Of a stretch of 64,000 nucleotides of DNA, positions 11,428 to 24,802 are shown one piece after another. Origin of the DNA: Lytechinus pictus (Eukaryota); contig NW_026974140.1 of assembly GCF_037042905.1 (NCBI RefSeq), forward strand, positions 19,468,001-19,532,000. Reading direction: 5' to 3'. The translations under genes were made by a program, and so were the position numbers. Each line of letters begins with the position of its first letter. Within the stretch, counting starts at the first letter, position 1. Under the pieces are notes generated by a model. The model saw only the letters and a list, made by a program, of their open reading frames with translations, did no database searches and was not told the origin of the DNA.

Positions 11428-13438
11428 GCTTGTAGACCAAGCTCATACAAATCATAGCCATTTCATACAGAGTGACAAATGCAAGTAAATAATTTTTAAA
11501 TTATAGTCAATTTTAATTTCAATTACAAATGTTCTTTGCAAAATGTTGCTATCCACCATTTTGTTATGTATTAAGATTATAAGGCATGAACTTGATATTA
11601 TAACTATGTGGAATGTTTTTTTTTTTTTTGGGGGGGGGGGAGGGAGGTGAAGAACATGCTCACTCAAAATCAAAGAGAGGGAGGGAGGAGTTCTAATCTA
11701 AATTTGACAAATTTAGATAAGAACATCCCCCTCTCTCAACAGTGTATTCTGATTAAACTTTTACCCTGGGTTTTCATCTGATGGTTTAACTACAGGTTTG
11801 ATAGAAATTCATTCATGAATTTGCATTTTGGAAGCTAAGAACCACTTTGATAAAAAATTTAAATACTAATTTGGCATTTTAAATAAAAGTAAATGTGAAA
11901 ACAAAATCAAATATACAATATGACATTCGTAACATCTCACAATTAAACAAGAAAGCTAAATGATACGTTACTTAAGTTAAATCATATGTGTCGAGTTTGG
12001 AATTATATTGTCTAATTATATTTTATATAAATGTAACTCCTACAAAAAATACCACAGTAAAAATAACAACGAATTATTATTTTGTATAGAAAGGTTACAT
12101 TTAATAGCAGATTCAACCATAACCATACATTGTATTTACATGAGTGACTTCATATGCCTGATACCATGTATAATATTATATTCAGCTATGATAGGCATGT
12201 ACATGTACAACACACTCCTTGGTAATTACTAAATTAGTAAGATAGATTTCAAAGAAACGATCTCAGAAAGTTTAAGTTTATTAATAGATATAATGGGCAT
12301 AATCATCCGATCTAAAAATTGATTATCTCGGGAGATTTTAAATCTTACTCCTTTCAAAAATTATTTTCATGTTTGATGCAGAAAGTAAAAAAAAGACATA
12401 TGAAAACAAATAGATATAATAATAGCCACTTTGAAAGACCTATTTAAATTATGTATGCGAGATTCAATTGCGTGATATATCAACTGAATATAATTCATTA
12501 TATACATTACATGAAAAAGTTTACCGGAAAACAATGTTTTTTTATGAGTTTTTCGATCTTTCGCCCAACAGCATTATTGCTTGTCTTTTCTTTTTTTCTT
12601 TTGGTCAGGATACCCGGAATTGTACAGATGCATAGTTTATTGATGATGAAAGTAATTCAGTACCGATTATTCTTACTCTAATTGTTCTCAATTCAATTTT
12701 CTCAGAAAACGAAACCAAAATAAAAGTTTTGGACAAAGGCCTGTCAGAATTTTGTTTGTAACTTTCCTGTCAATTAACAATATTTGCACAGCGCCATCAT
12801 TTGCTCTTGTTTTTTTATAATCATAGTACTACCATAGAGATGTATACTAATAACGTTATTAGTATACATCTCTATGAGTACTACAGACATTATCATTATT
12901 CATTTATCGGTTTTGATGAAATGTTTGTCTTAGCAAAAGAACTCAAACAACTAAATAAAATTGAAATAAATCGTGATTATTCATGAATTTCGATATGATA
13001 AGAAAAGAATAATTACACAAGGTGACGATTTCAATGAATTATAGATGACGGCTTCCGACTGCTTCTATTTGAAATTGAAAAAGAACTTATTCATCTCAAC
13101 ATAGCTAGATAGATGAAGATATTGCAAATTAAACTATAGGGCCTATACTTTTCAAATTTCACCATTCTAACACCCGAACAGAGAACATACCACTTAGTTT
13201 ATGCTAGACAAATAACTATTGATCGTTATTTGGGGATTTAAGGCTTGCATGATATCCCAAACATGTTTTGGTTTGACATTCTCTGCAACACATTTTGCCT
13301 TTCGAAGTTGAACTTTATTTATGGTGCAGAATACATTATGTATGTCTGGAAGAAGAGTGATGTGAGACCTAACAGAGAGCAATGGTATAATAATACGTGT
13401 CGGTATATCCGCTTACAGATAATAATAGTAGAATTATA

Positions 13439-14245
13439 CAGTGCGTCCCACAAAAAACGAAACCGAGATTTAGCGATGATTTATCATAACTTAATCATAA
13501 ATACAATAGACAAATGACCTATCAATGTAAAGCTTAGAATGTCCTCTTTCATCCGATATTACTTAGATTTTTCCTCATTCATGCATGAGTGAGCAAAGCA
13601 ATTTGAAGAAAGGATACCAAAAACTCATTTGGCGGGGGTATCTGAATTTCATAAAGAAAATCACATGCCTAAAAAGTTCAATATCTGCTCTTTTATTTGA
13701 TACCTTAATAAAAAAAAATGGTCCAGAAGTGAAAAAGTTATGTTCCCTCGAAACGATGCTTGTATTTCCATAATTTCACCATGTTTTCACCGGTTTCCCA
13801 CAGAAGCTATCGCACGGTTAACAAAAGACTTGATGCATGGCTGATCGTCAACAAAACGGAGTGTCGAGTGAGTTGGAACGCTAGCCTGTAAAACCTCTTC
13901 ATTTAATAAAATTATTGAAAATCAAGCCTTATTTCAAATAACCAGAACTTTGTTATTTCTTGACCATTTTCTGTAATTGAGGTATCAAATTAAAGAGCAG
14001 ATATTGAACTTTTTAAAAATGTGGTTTTTGTTTTGAAACCCATATACAGCCCGCCAAATGACTTTTTGGTATCCCCTCTTCAAATTGTTTTTGCTCACTC
14101 ATGCGTGAATGAGAAATAATCTTAATTTCAGATGAAAGAGGAGATTCTAAGCTTTACAATGGTAGGTCATTTGTCTATTGTATTTGTGATTTAGTTATAA
14201 TAAATCATCGATAAATCTCGGTTTCGTTTTTTGTGGGACGCACTG
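13439..14245. mobile_element. Tc1/mariner-type MITE with very long TIRs
   Basis: TA-CAGTGCGTCCCACAAAAAACGAAACCGAGATTTA ... TAAATCTCGGTTTCGTTTTTTGTGGGACGCACTG-TA; inverted arms extend over 250 bp. Confidence 0.92.
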
Positions 14246-14884
14246 TATAACTTTGAATCAACATGAGTAAGATGACTAAGATGGTCCACCACATTCATGA
14301 CATTCGTCTTTCTAAAGTTTCTCTTCGCTTGATTAAGGGTGTAAACAAAGGGACCTTAAATGAGGTACTATCTCAAAGACATGTATCTTGGGATATGACA
14401 CAGACTGTTGACAACGCTACTCACTAGGGGCGATTGAGCATCATAGGGGTGCCCCTCTTCATTGCTGACTGAAAAGGGGTAAAACTTTTACGTGGGGGGG
14501 GGGGGAGTTTTGCTTGCGCTGATGCTCATTTGTTTGCATTGATACGCCTGGTATTATGAACATGATGAAGAAAAGTCAAGATATCGTTCCTGTGATCAGA
14601 CTTTATTTCTATTCCATAATATTTTAAGCTTTGGGCAATATTTCCTATATTTGTAATACTGTGGATCAGATATCAGATTTAGTCTGATATAAAGGACATG
14701 CCTAGAAGACTTAGACATGCCTAGAAGACTTAGACATGCCTTAAAAATCCCCGACCAAAAGAGATTATTTAAAGTAGGTAAATTACCAGTTCAGACAATA
14801 ACAATTGTCGCATGACAAAAATGTGATAACGCTAATTCACCATTTACCAAATTGCACATATCCAAAGAGGAGATATATATTTTT

Positions 14885-15114
14885 TTACAATTGAATCTCT
14901 CCTTCTCCTCCTGATGTTATGGGAGGGGTGGGGTCTGTGATGCCTGAGATAAATGACCCAGTGGTAGTATGGATAGGGCTAGATTGAGTAGTAACCACTA
15001 CACCTGTCATCTGAGCCGCATCGTTAGGGTGGGGTGCAGCTACCATCTGAGAGGGGGTCATCTCAGGGGATTGGTAGGTACCTGCTTGTACCATCATCGT
15101 CTGACCAGAGGGGG
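14885..15114 (-). CDS. MS4A-like coding exon 7 (Pro/Thr/Gln-rich C-terminal tail)
   Basis: Polypyrimidine tract and ag at 15115-15116, phase 1. APSGQTMMVQ...GGEGEIQL then TAA; same frame as track ORF 14885..15199. Confidence 0.85.
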
Positions 15115-15387
15115 CTAAGGAAAAAACAAGAAAGTGACAATGATTGAATTTAAAAGTAAAAATTCTGACAAAAATAGGTACTAATATTTTATTGTGCATT
15201 CCATTCCTTTAATATAATTTAAAATTATATCCACTGGTCCGCGGATACGGAATCTAAACGTCGCGCAATGTTTTTACGTCAACGACTCATACTAAAATGA
15301 ATCATCTAATTGACATTGTTTAAATCCATGCCTACCAAAATATACACACCGAAATATACAAACATGTATACATGACAATTAACTTAC

Positions 15388-15436
15388 CCCCTGCGAAGTG
15401 TGGTATCACTCGACCAGACTGATTATTATAGTACAC
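15388..15436 (-). CDS. MS4A-like coding exon 6
   Basis: tag|GTG...G|gtaagt, 49 nt. VYYNNQSGRVIPHFAG; ends in phase 1, matching the last exon. Confidence 0.82.
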
Positions 15437-15817
15437 CTACATAAATACAACAAAATGAAATAGAAATTAATTAGTCACAAAGAATAATGAAATAGAACTT
15501 TTAAAGTTATAGCATATTTCCCAAGACATTCTAGTATGGCATTCTGATACAAATCTGCACAGATAAAATTTCTGGAAGGGAGGGGGAGGGGTAGTGGTGC
15601 AATGGGGTAGAACATGGTTCGTGACAGATTTTACACAATAATCCGAAAGTAATAGAATACGTGTATTTAACATTCTCCCCTTTTGTTATCCCTTTGATTT
15701 TATTTTATTTTTTTTCTCAACCGTGGACCATTTTTGTGGGGGGGGGGGGGGACTGTATGCCAGTGTTGAAACGTTGAACGTTTCAATTAACATATATACT
15801 TTTTTCTAAATACATAC

Positions 15818-15949
15818 CATATTAACAGCATTCTTTGGTTTACAGCAATCGCAGATTCTACAGCAAGTCAATGATGCACCGGTGATCGCTACAGCTAACT
15901 CACAAAATGATAGCAATACGATTACGATATCCACGATCGTTCGTACACG
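15818..15949 (-). CDS. MS4A-like coding exon 5 (TM4 and Cys cluster)
   Basis: cag|CGT...ATG|gtatgt, 132 nt. RVRTIVDIVIVLLSFCELAVAITGASLTCCRICDCCKPKNAVNM, with the TM4 glutamate typical of MS4A. Confidence 0.9.
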
Positions 15950-16458
15950 CTGCAAAATAATTACAATATTAACGATAAGTGTAATTGGGTAAAATGGGTT
16001 TAGCTATCGAAATCATGATGATTTATGAATTTTACCATATCGTCAAAGAGATTTTGTAATTCAACCACGCATGAATTATCTTTTTCTTTCCGGTAATAAT
16101 GAACTGCAGGGGAGGGTCAAGAATTTCATAACTGAGAGTGACAAAGTATCAGAAGATGGTTTATTTGTTGAATATATCATAAAGATATAAAAAGTATAAT
16201 ATTTCAACATACAGAGACGAGACGTAATGCAAATTATGGGTATTAGGGGGCGTGTTCCCACATCCCTTGGATTTGGATATGCTCCATCACAATCACACAA
16301 TAGTAATTATATCATGCAAACAAGCTATTAGCCGACAAGCTAGGCAAGCAAGCGTGATGGAAGGGGTGGGCACCCCTTAAAGCTCTCCTTTTTGCTTGTC
16401 ATTTCACCCCCGGCCGGGTCAATCCTGGATAATTCTGTCCCTGAATACAAATACTTAC

Positions 16459-16590
16459 CTGAGTTCGACAGAAATGATCTGAGAAGCAGGTATAAGCGTA
16501 GCTTTCTTCAAGAGCGACGTTGATATACATGACGAATACCACTCCAGAAAGGATGGATGAACATGTACACATCACCATGTAAGATGTCGT
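16459..16590 (-). CDS. MS4A-like coding exon 4 (TM3 and extracellular loop)
   Basis: cag|ACG...CAG|gtaagt, 132 nt. TTSYMVMCTCSSILSGVVFVMYINVALEESYAYTCFSDHFCRTQ. Confidence 0.9.
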
Positions 16591-16863
16591 CTGCAGGAAA
16601 TTGTTTTGAAATGTGAAAAATTAACAATTGAAGTCAATATTGAAATCATCGGAATTCATATAACAAGTATATAAAATCTTAATAAAAAACTGGAAAGTGG
16701 ATAATGCATTTGAGACTGGACGATATAAAATTCAGATAAGATTCGAGAGTTGAAACTTTGTATAAAATTAAGCGCGTTATATTGAGATTATGTTTTATTA
16801 TTATCATTACCATTATTATTTATAAGATTAATCATAAACTTTTAATTTGTATGTTGTTCTTAC

Positions 16864-16926
16864 CATTCCCTTTGTCATTTTCTTGTAGTATGCTCGGATT
16901 CCAATAATCCCAGTAGTTATGTAACA
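16864..16926 (-). CDS. MS4A-like coding exon 3
   Basis: tag|TGT...ATG|gtaaga, 63 nt. CYITTGIIGIRAYYKKMTKGM (end of TM2, cytosolic loop). Confidence 0.88.
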
Positions 16927-17466
16927 CTATCAAGAGAGAAATTGAACAAAAAATATTTTGTTTTAACAGAATTCTATTTTCTGTGTTAGTATATAAAGGG
17001 AAAAGAGGGAAAGTGAATCATATGCAAGGGATATAGTCATAAGTCATGATAGTTGGTTATACAACCATGCGCACGGATATCAAATCTTTATTTATTTTAC
17101 TGTCACAATACTAAAGATAAACCGACGTTAGGTTGTGAAACATGATACCATTAGCATGAATGTATACCACTTGCAAGAAAGGCGCCATCATTAATGTCAA
17201 ATTTTGATCGCACTTATATATCATGTATATAGGGTCATCACACAAAACAGACGCAAGTATCGCATAATCTGATGATAATCTTTCAATTTAACAAATAATC
17301 GAATTTCGCATGAAAAATATAGATAATAATCAACAGCAAAACTATATCCATAAATGCTCAGCTTGTATGATTTGCTTGTATTTTCATTTCTATTTTCTGT
17401 CTCTCGTTATCTTATTTTGTTTTCAAAATTTTTAAAGGAAAAGTCCAGCTAAATAAAGATTGGTTT

Positions 17467-18288
17467 GAATGCGTTTATGCGACCTCAAGCCAGAATCATG
17501 ATTTGAATCATGATTTGAATCATGATTCAAAACACAAACATGAATCACGATATCACAGAATCAGCGTTTAGACGACCTTCATTCCAATGCTGTTTCTCCT
17601 CAGATTCGGGCCAATCCAGTGCGCATCACTAGTGCGCAGTTTGACAGAGGAAGTTTTTCGCACGTGTTTCGGCTCTCGAAAAATCTTTTGCTTCCAGAAT
17701 TCAGTCTATACCTAATTTTGTTTACGTCTATCATATAGGGTCCATATGCTTATATTCATCTTGTTAGTTTATCCAAAATGGTGTTCGGAAGTGAATTTCA
17801 GCGTAGATCCAATTTAATATTGACACTCTATACTCAGCAACAACAACTGAGATCATTGTCTGTCCAGTTAATTCATTTACTAGAACTTGAAGTTGCATGA
17901 AGACATGACCAAAAAATGAAAAGTAGTGGACGATGCGATGACCAACACAGAACTTGAACATGACAAGAAATGCATGCAGAGTAATCATGTACATACAATG
18001 AGCATATAGAGAGCCTTGAGCTTGGCAAGAGTCAAACCGAAAGTAGCCCGACACAGTGAGGTCATATAATCATGATTCAAATCACGATATCGTTTATTCG
18101 AACATTTTCGTACGTGATTCTGCAGAAACGTCTTTCCAAACGCCCCTTTTTTCGTGTTTCATGTTTGTGATTCTAATCATGATTATATTAAATTTCGACT
18201 AAACGCAATCGTGATTCTGCAGAATCATGATTTGAATCATGATTCAGATCATGATTCTAGGATGAAAAAGTGGCGGATAAACGCACCC
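17467..18288. mobile_element. Harbinger-like element with subterminal GAATCATGATTT arrays, nested in a Kolobok-like repeat
   Basis: Imperfect TIRs tgcgtttatgcgacc / gtggcggataaacgcaccc; 12-bp aatcatgatt-containing tandem units at both ends. Confidence 0.65.
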
Positions 18289-19168
18289 CTAGACGAATCA
18301 AGCAAGCATAACCATAAAACTTTTCTGAAAAATCTGATGTACGAAATGAAAGTTATTTGCGCTAAACAGAGAGATTCTGTCATCTCACGGGGGGGGGGGG
18401 GGTATGCAAAATGAGGGACCCGATGATGTCACAATAACTATTTCTATTGTATTTCAATAAATAAAATAATATAATGTGTAGTTTTTGCTTTCATTATGTA
18501 AACATGATAGGAATAATTTTAATATCATTTTCTTCGACATCTCAACAAAGATCTAGTTATATAATATACATTAGAACAAACTTAAGAGTGAAGGAACAAA
18601 TATGTCAGTAGTAGAAGTCCACGAAGGTTGCCTGGGAAAATGAGGAAAAGTAAAACAAATTACTGTAGCCCGTAGACATTCTTCCAAAACATATGAAATC
18701 GTTCTTATCATGTATTATGTATACTGATGCGATATACATTATTGAATTTACAAAATACCTCTAGTGAGTGCGTGACTCAATCGACTCTCACAGTCTCATT
18801 TACATATTGCCCAGGAACTGTTTCTTGAATGCTATAAATTTCTTATTTTTACGTGTGATTTGAAGAAAATTATCAGTGCTATGCCGTCTGATTATTTCTC
18901 TATACTCTTGTTCAAATCAATTTATTGTTAGAATGTGTGTCACAATATTTCTGAAATGAGCTTTGTTATGCATGTCTGACCATGAACTGTCCCATGCAGG
19001 TGTATCCCAAAAGGTCATTTTGATAAACTCTGAAGACCACTAGGGAATCAATGGATTGAGTTTTTGGCAATCTAAAGAGTGATAAAGTCATCATGGCCAC
19101 TGGCATTTGAAACTGATCCAATTTTAGTTAACAACTTTTATAAACTGCACTGAAAGACCCATGCTATA

Positions 19169-20129
19169 CAGTGCGTATCAAAAAAAGTTTACACTTAGAA
19201 AAAATCCTGTAAAATTATACATTTGTAATATCCTGAAGATTTTTCCACATTTCAACATTGGTAGACATCCATTTAAACAATATTTCCGCTTGAGTGAGCA
19301 CCACTTACTTTTGAAAAGTTAGTGAAAAATGATTTGCGCAGAACTTTGAAATAGTTATGCGAATGAAGTAGACCTTAATCATGAATAACACGTGGAATTT
19401 AGCTAGTAAAATTGATTTGAAGATATCTTTTACCTTTTTTAACTTGTTTCCTTGCCCAAACCACTTCGAGGAGTGCATTGCGCTCCACCCCACTCCCACA
19501 AATACCGAGGCCATCATGACGATATTTGCTTTACACTGAGCTATGATTTACATAAAATGGCTTAGGCTTGATTTTTATTTTGTTAATCATTGTCAAGCTT
19601 GGGAAACGTGTGGAGAAACAAGTATTAAATGAAAAATGAAATGTAATCCCACTTTTAATGATAAAAACTTAGTGAAAAAATGCTAAAGATGTCTGATATA
19701 AACTTTTGTTCATATTCAGTTATGTCCTCAGATCCAGCTGGCACAAAAAGGGCAAAGGTTGTGTTTACTCAGTGTTGAAATTTCAATTTGGGTGGCAAAA
19801 TTGTTAGAAAATGCTTGAATGTATCCGCATTATTTCAATTGACTAAAAGTGCAAGGGAAATGTATGAGAAATGTTTCGCAAGGTAAGATTGATTTCGCCC
19901 TTTCCCCTTGACACAGCGTACAAACGAGCATTTCTGCGCAAACAGATTTCTGCGAGCTTTACAAAAATGGACAGTGCTCACTCAAGTGTAACATTCTGTC
20001 AAAACTTTTACTTTCATTGGATAGATGAGACCCAAATCCAAGATTATATGCGAAAAAATTACGCACATGTTATATATTTTTTAATTCCCAGGGCTTTTTC
20101 AAAGTGTAAACTTTTTTTGATACGCACTG
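19169..20129. mobile_element. Tc1/mariner-type non-autonomous element
   Basis: TA-CAGTGCGTATCAAAAAAAAGTTTACACTT ... AAGTGTAAACTTTTTTTGATACGCACTG-TA. Confidence 0.9.
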
Positions 20130-21340
20130 TATAGTGCCAAAATCCACAGTCTGTAAAAACAGTTATTGGTTTCGATGGTTTGCAGTATACCGAGGTACTT
20201 TTTTGGGTTCTCAGTTTATCTTTTATCTGCCATTTAATGGTAAATGGTTGTGATTGTTATCATTCACAGTCTGAAGGATACACAATCGGGAAATGATGGA
20301 CTACATTTTCATTGTGTTTTAAAAAGTTATTGAAGTACGAAGTTTATACACATGTATGATATTTTCAATTCCTAACGATTGGACATTGTGTGAAAATCAA
20401 AAGTAATGAGTTAAAAAAAAATGAATGCCTTTGGGCAGAAAATGGCATACCATAATTACTACAGGCCCTACCACTAAAAATCCTTTCAATTACATATGTG
20501 TAAAAACCTCTGTGGATTTACTGTGTCATGCATGTTTTATCGTCATGTCTTTTATTGGCACGGAATTCCACATAACAGCATAACATTCATATATAATACG
20601 AAATGTATACAGAAAAAGAGAAAACATACCCTACACACAAGATATGAGTTAGCTGAGTTATCAACTGTAATTCTAAGCATGTTCTGACCCCATCCACCCA
20701 CACACACTTGCAAATTTGTTCATCGGCCCCTGGCAAAATTTCAATTTCGATTCTTTAATTTCATTTCGATTCAAACATAATATAAGATAGATAGCTACAT
20801 GTATGTATAATAGGTGAACATAGCTATATGACTATGGTCAATATTTTGTAATAATTTGGTGGACTTTCTATCAACAGAGTAATGAAGTGTAAACACCTTG
20901 ACTGTAACTTCGAGAATGATGTCGGTTTATAAAGCATACATTCTCTTGAAATGAATGGTTCATCCCTTCTCATTGGCGGGGGTTGGGGGCACCAGTTCCT
21001 ATCAAAGATACGCTTCATATCCCCTTGTGAATACACTATAGTTATCCTGACATGCCTGATACAACATGACGGTTGTCCCTTGAAAAGGAAGTTCATTTAG
21101 GTCACATTGCGTTCACACTGTGAGTCACGTGGTCTTGTTCATCGATTCATTTCCGATATAATGGAACGTTCCAACTTGACAGGTTTGACTTGATAAATAA
21201 TGAAGAACATTCGCTAAGGAGTTCATCACTCGTGTCATCCTGGTATATTTGAACTAATTCTCATTCATCATTCTACCTATTCCTCCATAAAAAGGGATTT
21301 CCCAGTGAAATACTAACGTTGCAGTACAGCAAACGCAGTG

Positions 21341-21924
21341 CCCGGGGGGGGGGGGGGGTACTCGACCAAAAAAGTCGTAGGTATGTCCCGCGGGCGAGAC
21401 AAAAAACGGGGGCCTTGGAGCGGGCTTATTGTAAAAAGGAGGGTCCTCGGAACGGGCTTCGGAACTACAAAAGTTTGTGAAAACGGGGGTCCTTGGAACG
21501 GGTCGCCTGCGCGTCAGTGAGTGCGTCTTTATGGTGCGTATGCATCCTATGGTGCGTATGCATCCTTATGGAACGTGCATGCAGCTACTACCCCGGCGGC
21601 ACGGGCCCCGGGTGCGCTAGCGCAGAGGCGATGGTCGGACAGCGCTCTGCGGCCGCTTTTCACCAAATTGCGGCTCATTGTAGCAGATCAATGCGGCTGG
21701 AACGGCGTAACGGAAAATATGCGAAGCTTTGGAGCGGATTTCTTTCTTCTTTTTTTCTCGATAAGAAGAAAATGCTATGCTTTGGAGCGGCTTTCTTTGT
21801 TTTTTTTTCTCAATTAGAAAAAAATGCTATGCCTTGGAACGGAAATTTGAGTGTAAAAATGGGAGTCCCCTCCGCGGCACATACCCACTATGCATTATAT
21901 ACTGAGTGCCCCCCCCCCCCCGGG
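21341..21924. mobile_element. CACTA/EnSpm-like (CCC termini) non-autonomous element
   Basis: CCCGGG(G)nTACTC ... GAGTG(C)nGGG termini, 2-bp TG duplication, repeated ttggaRcgg motif. Confidence 0.78.
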
Positions 21925-22566
21925 TGATTATGTTTCCCTCCCGTCATGCATCTTTCAGGAATTAAAGTACCACCTGCATGGGTTTAAGATGATTTTAAAA
22001 TAAAACGCGAGAATCATGATCCAATAGAGGTTGAAACACACCTCCGTCAAACCCAATTGTAGGGAGAGAATATAACAGATATGTTTTAAGTAGAAAGATT
22101 GAGAGATAATAATGACTATCATTCATCTGTCGGTGAGGATGAATCATAAAATGTTCTTTAAGTTTACTAGTATCACATTTTGAGGACCACATCTGTGAGT
22201 TGGGATCAACAAGACACCACGGATAGCCATCATGTCATACGTCTGCAAGCAGATACTGTCTTTATGGTATGATGGTTGTGCGAGGTTTGTGAATGAGATT
22301 TCATTTAGTATAACCAGGGGCAGGGGTAGATCTCGAGGTATTCAAGGAGTGAAAAAACAACAGGAGATAACGGGTGAAAGAAGAATATACTGTCCAAAAT
22401 AAAAAGGGAGAAAATTGAGAAAATGCATAAAATCGGAGATTTTGGCCATCATGAATTTACTGAAAATAAATATATTTTGGTCATGTTGCCCTAATCTCAA
22501 AATACCGCTGTTCTGGGTATAAGATGTGATGGATCAGGTGGGGAGGGGGGGGGGGTAATATCTTAC

Positions 22567-22683
22567 CAATACACCGGCCCATACTGGTACAGCATAGTAA
22601 GACAGACGACATTCAATACTGATAGCGATGATACCAGCTAAGACAATTGCTATACCAAAGATGATATGGAACATACCAGTCAT
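22567..22683 (-). CDS. MS4A-like coding exon 2 (TM1 and start of TM2)
   Basis: tag|ATG...TTG|gtaaga, 117 nt. MTGMFHIIFGIAIVLAGIIAISIECRLSYYAVPVWAGVL; the G..HI..G and P.W.G patterns fit the CD20/MS4A family. Confidence 0.9.
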
Positions 22684-24640
22684 CTAGGAAGAGAGAAACA
22701 TAGGTTGAAAAAATGAATTCCACTCTGTAAATATGATTATCATTATCATTAATATACTCTAAAAGGAGTCAAAATAGGTTTCCATGGTAGGTAGTAAGAA
22801 AAACAGGTCATGATTGGTGTAAATCATTAACAACTGACGCAGGCCTAACGAGGCAAAACGTTTGAGACGGCTAAAGATGAGATATTATGCATTAATCTGA
22901 AATAAAAGTGAAACGAACGAGCCAAGAAAATTGTAATTTTCTATCTTTCTGATTTATTTTGTCCTTTTTGGTGAAACGAATCTGGCATGTAAAAATCGAA
23001 TCGGCTAGATAGCAAAGTTTATTCGACGAGTGAAATGATATTGAAAAATACCACGGAATTATTTAACCTAAAACAAATTCAACTTTTGTGAATGGTTTTG
23101 GGACAGCTACCTCAAATCACCACCAGTATACCAGTGCCTTTAAAGATCTGTCATCGAAACGCAACAATGTTCTCGAGTGTGTAGCTTCATGTTTTGAGAA
23201 TATCGTTCTTCCGTACCAGAAATGAGACACTATTATAGTCAGATAATATACAGGAAATACCTTTCAATTCGGAATGGGGTTTAAATCTTAAAAATTAAGC
23301 CAGATATTTTACTAAATAAAATTATTTTCAAATTAGGATCTTAGACTTTGGATGAGACTGCCTGTCATGTGAAACCATGTCGAGTCTAGTTTGAACGTGA
23401 TAGGATGGACATGAAATGGACTAATAAAGAGACTGATGAACAATGGAACATTGACAATAAAACATATTTATACAAGAAAGAATATCAGATAAGGAGGATT
23501 TCGTCTCGAATGATTTCGATGTATTTCACCATAATGTTGCTTGCTTACTTTTCATTGATTCGAAAAATCATGTCGATGCCTCCATTATTCTTTATATCCA
23601 GGGGGGGGGGTGATGGTACATCGTTATCATCGATGGTGAATAATTATTATTTCTTCTGCCAGCTACTCACATTTCAGAAGGAAATAATGTTCACTTTATC
23701 TACCTTTAGCCATACAGTTTCTTGATGTTCTCTTTCCAATATTCTGGGGAACTCTCGTCGTCTAGTCCCCTCTTCTCTTCCCTCCAACGTTATCTCTTAC
23801 GCTTTTTTAAGCATGTTTAAGTGGCCAAAGTATTTTGCTTTTGGAATGTACTTTTTCTCCTTCTCATACAGGCTCCTTAATTTTATAATTCGCTTATGAA
23901 TTATATTTTCCAACATTATCAATTTCTTCGTTGAACATATCATGCTTCAATTTCTTCTTCAGAATGATGATTAATGCCGAGGAAATAAAATGGAGTAAAG
24001 GATATTCTGCTGTATCCGACATTCCATATGAAGGCACTATAAAGAATCAGTTTCAGAATGATCGCTGTTATTCCCCATAGTGATAGTAAACATATAAGTC
24101 TGCAATCAAATTATGATTCTGGACATTTATCATGATGTTCTAAAGTAGGACAGACGGGTTCCTGCGAATATGCTACATCCAGTTTTGATTTCAAGAGAGG
24201 GACATGATCGGATGATGTAGCATATATTACATTATCAAATGACATCAGCAATAATGTTATCATCAATAATAAAAAAAAATCATTCGAGTTATGGGGATAA
24301 TGATGCCTAGTCTGTCTCATATTACAGCATCATCAATTTTGATTACGGTGCAGTATGCAATAAAATCACATCAGAATAATCGAAATTATTCGCGGTGAAT
24401 AACACCTTAATATAATTAAATGTATATTATTCAAATTGCCATTTCGTCATTTATCTAGTTTTATATTAGTGCAATCAATTGCAAATGTAAACTAAGCAAT
24501 GCCCTTAAAAGTGTATAATTTTAGCATTTCTAATGATGTATTATGTGTTTTTATCATGTGTGACCATAACGTATTTCCATGCGCTATCATGGACAATAAA
24601 ATAATGAATTGAATGAATTGAACCAAAATGGTATTCTCAC

Positions 24641-24802
24641 CCGAATAGAGATACCAGTAGATGATGTATCCTCACATTCTGGATCTCTTAAAGCAGCTAG
24701 AGATGGATTGAATTCATATGATGGAGGGCGTTGTCTGGTGCTTCCTGATGTTGGGAGTGATGGGATGGGTTCCTCTTTGGATGGCATCTTTATTGAAGTC
24801 AT
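24641..24802 (-). CDS. MS4A/CD20-like tetraspan membrane protein, coding exon 1 of 7; CDS span 24802-14885, 294 aa
   Basis: Acceptor at 24857-24858, in-frame TAA upstream, ATG 24802, donor gtgaga at 24640. MTSIKMPSKEE...RQRPPSYEF...TGISIR joins the TM1 exon in phase 0. Confidence 0.8.

Noticed and set aside
21338-21927. Overlapping ORFs in the GC-rich element (also 34118-34917)
   Set aside because: Frames are not conserved between the two copies and no transposase motifs are visible.
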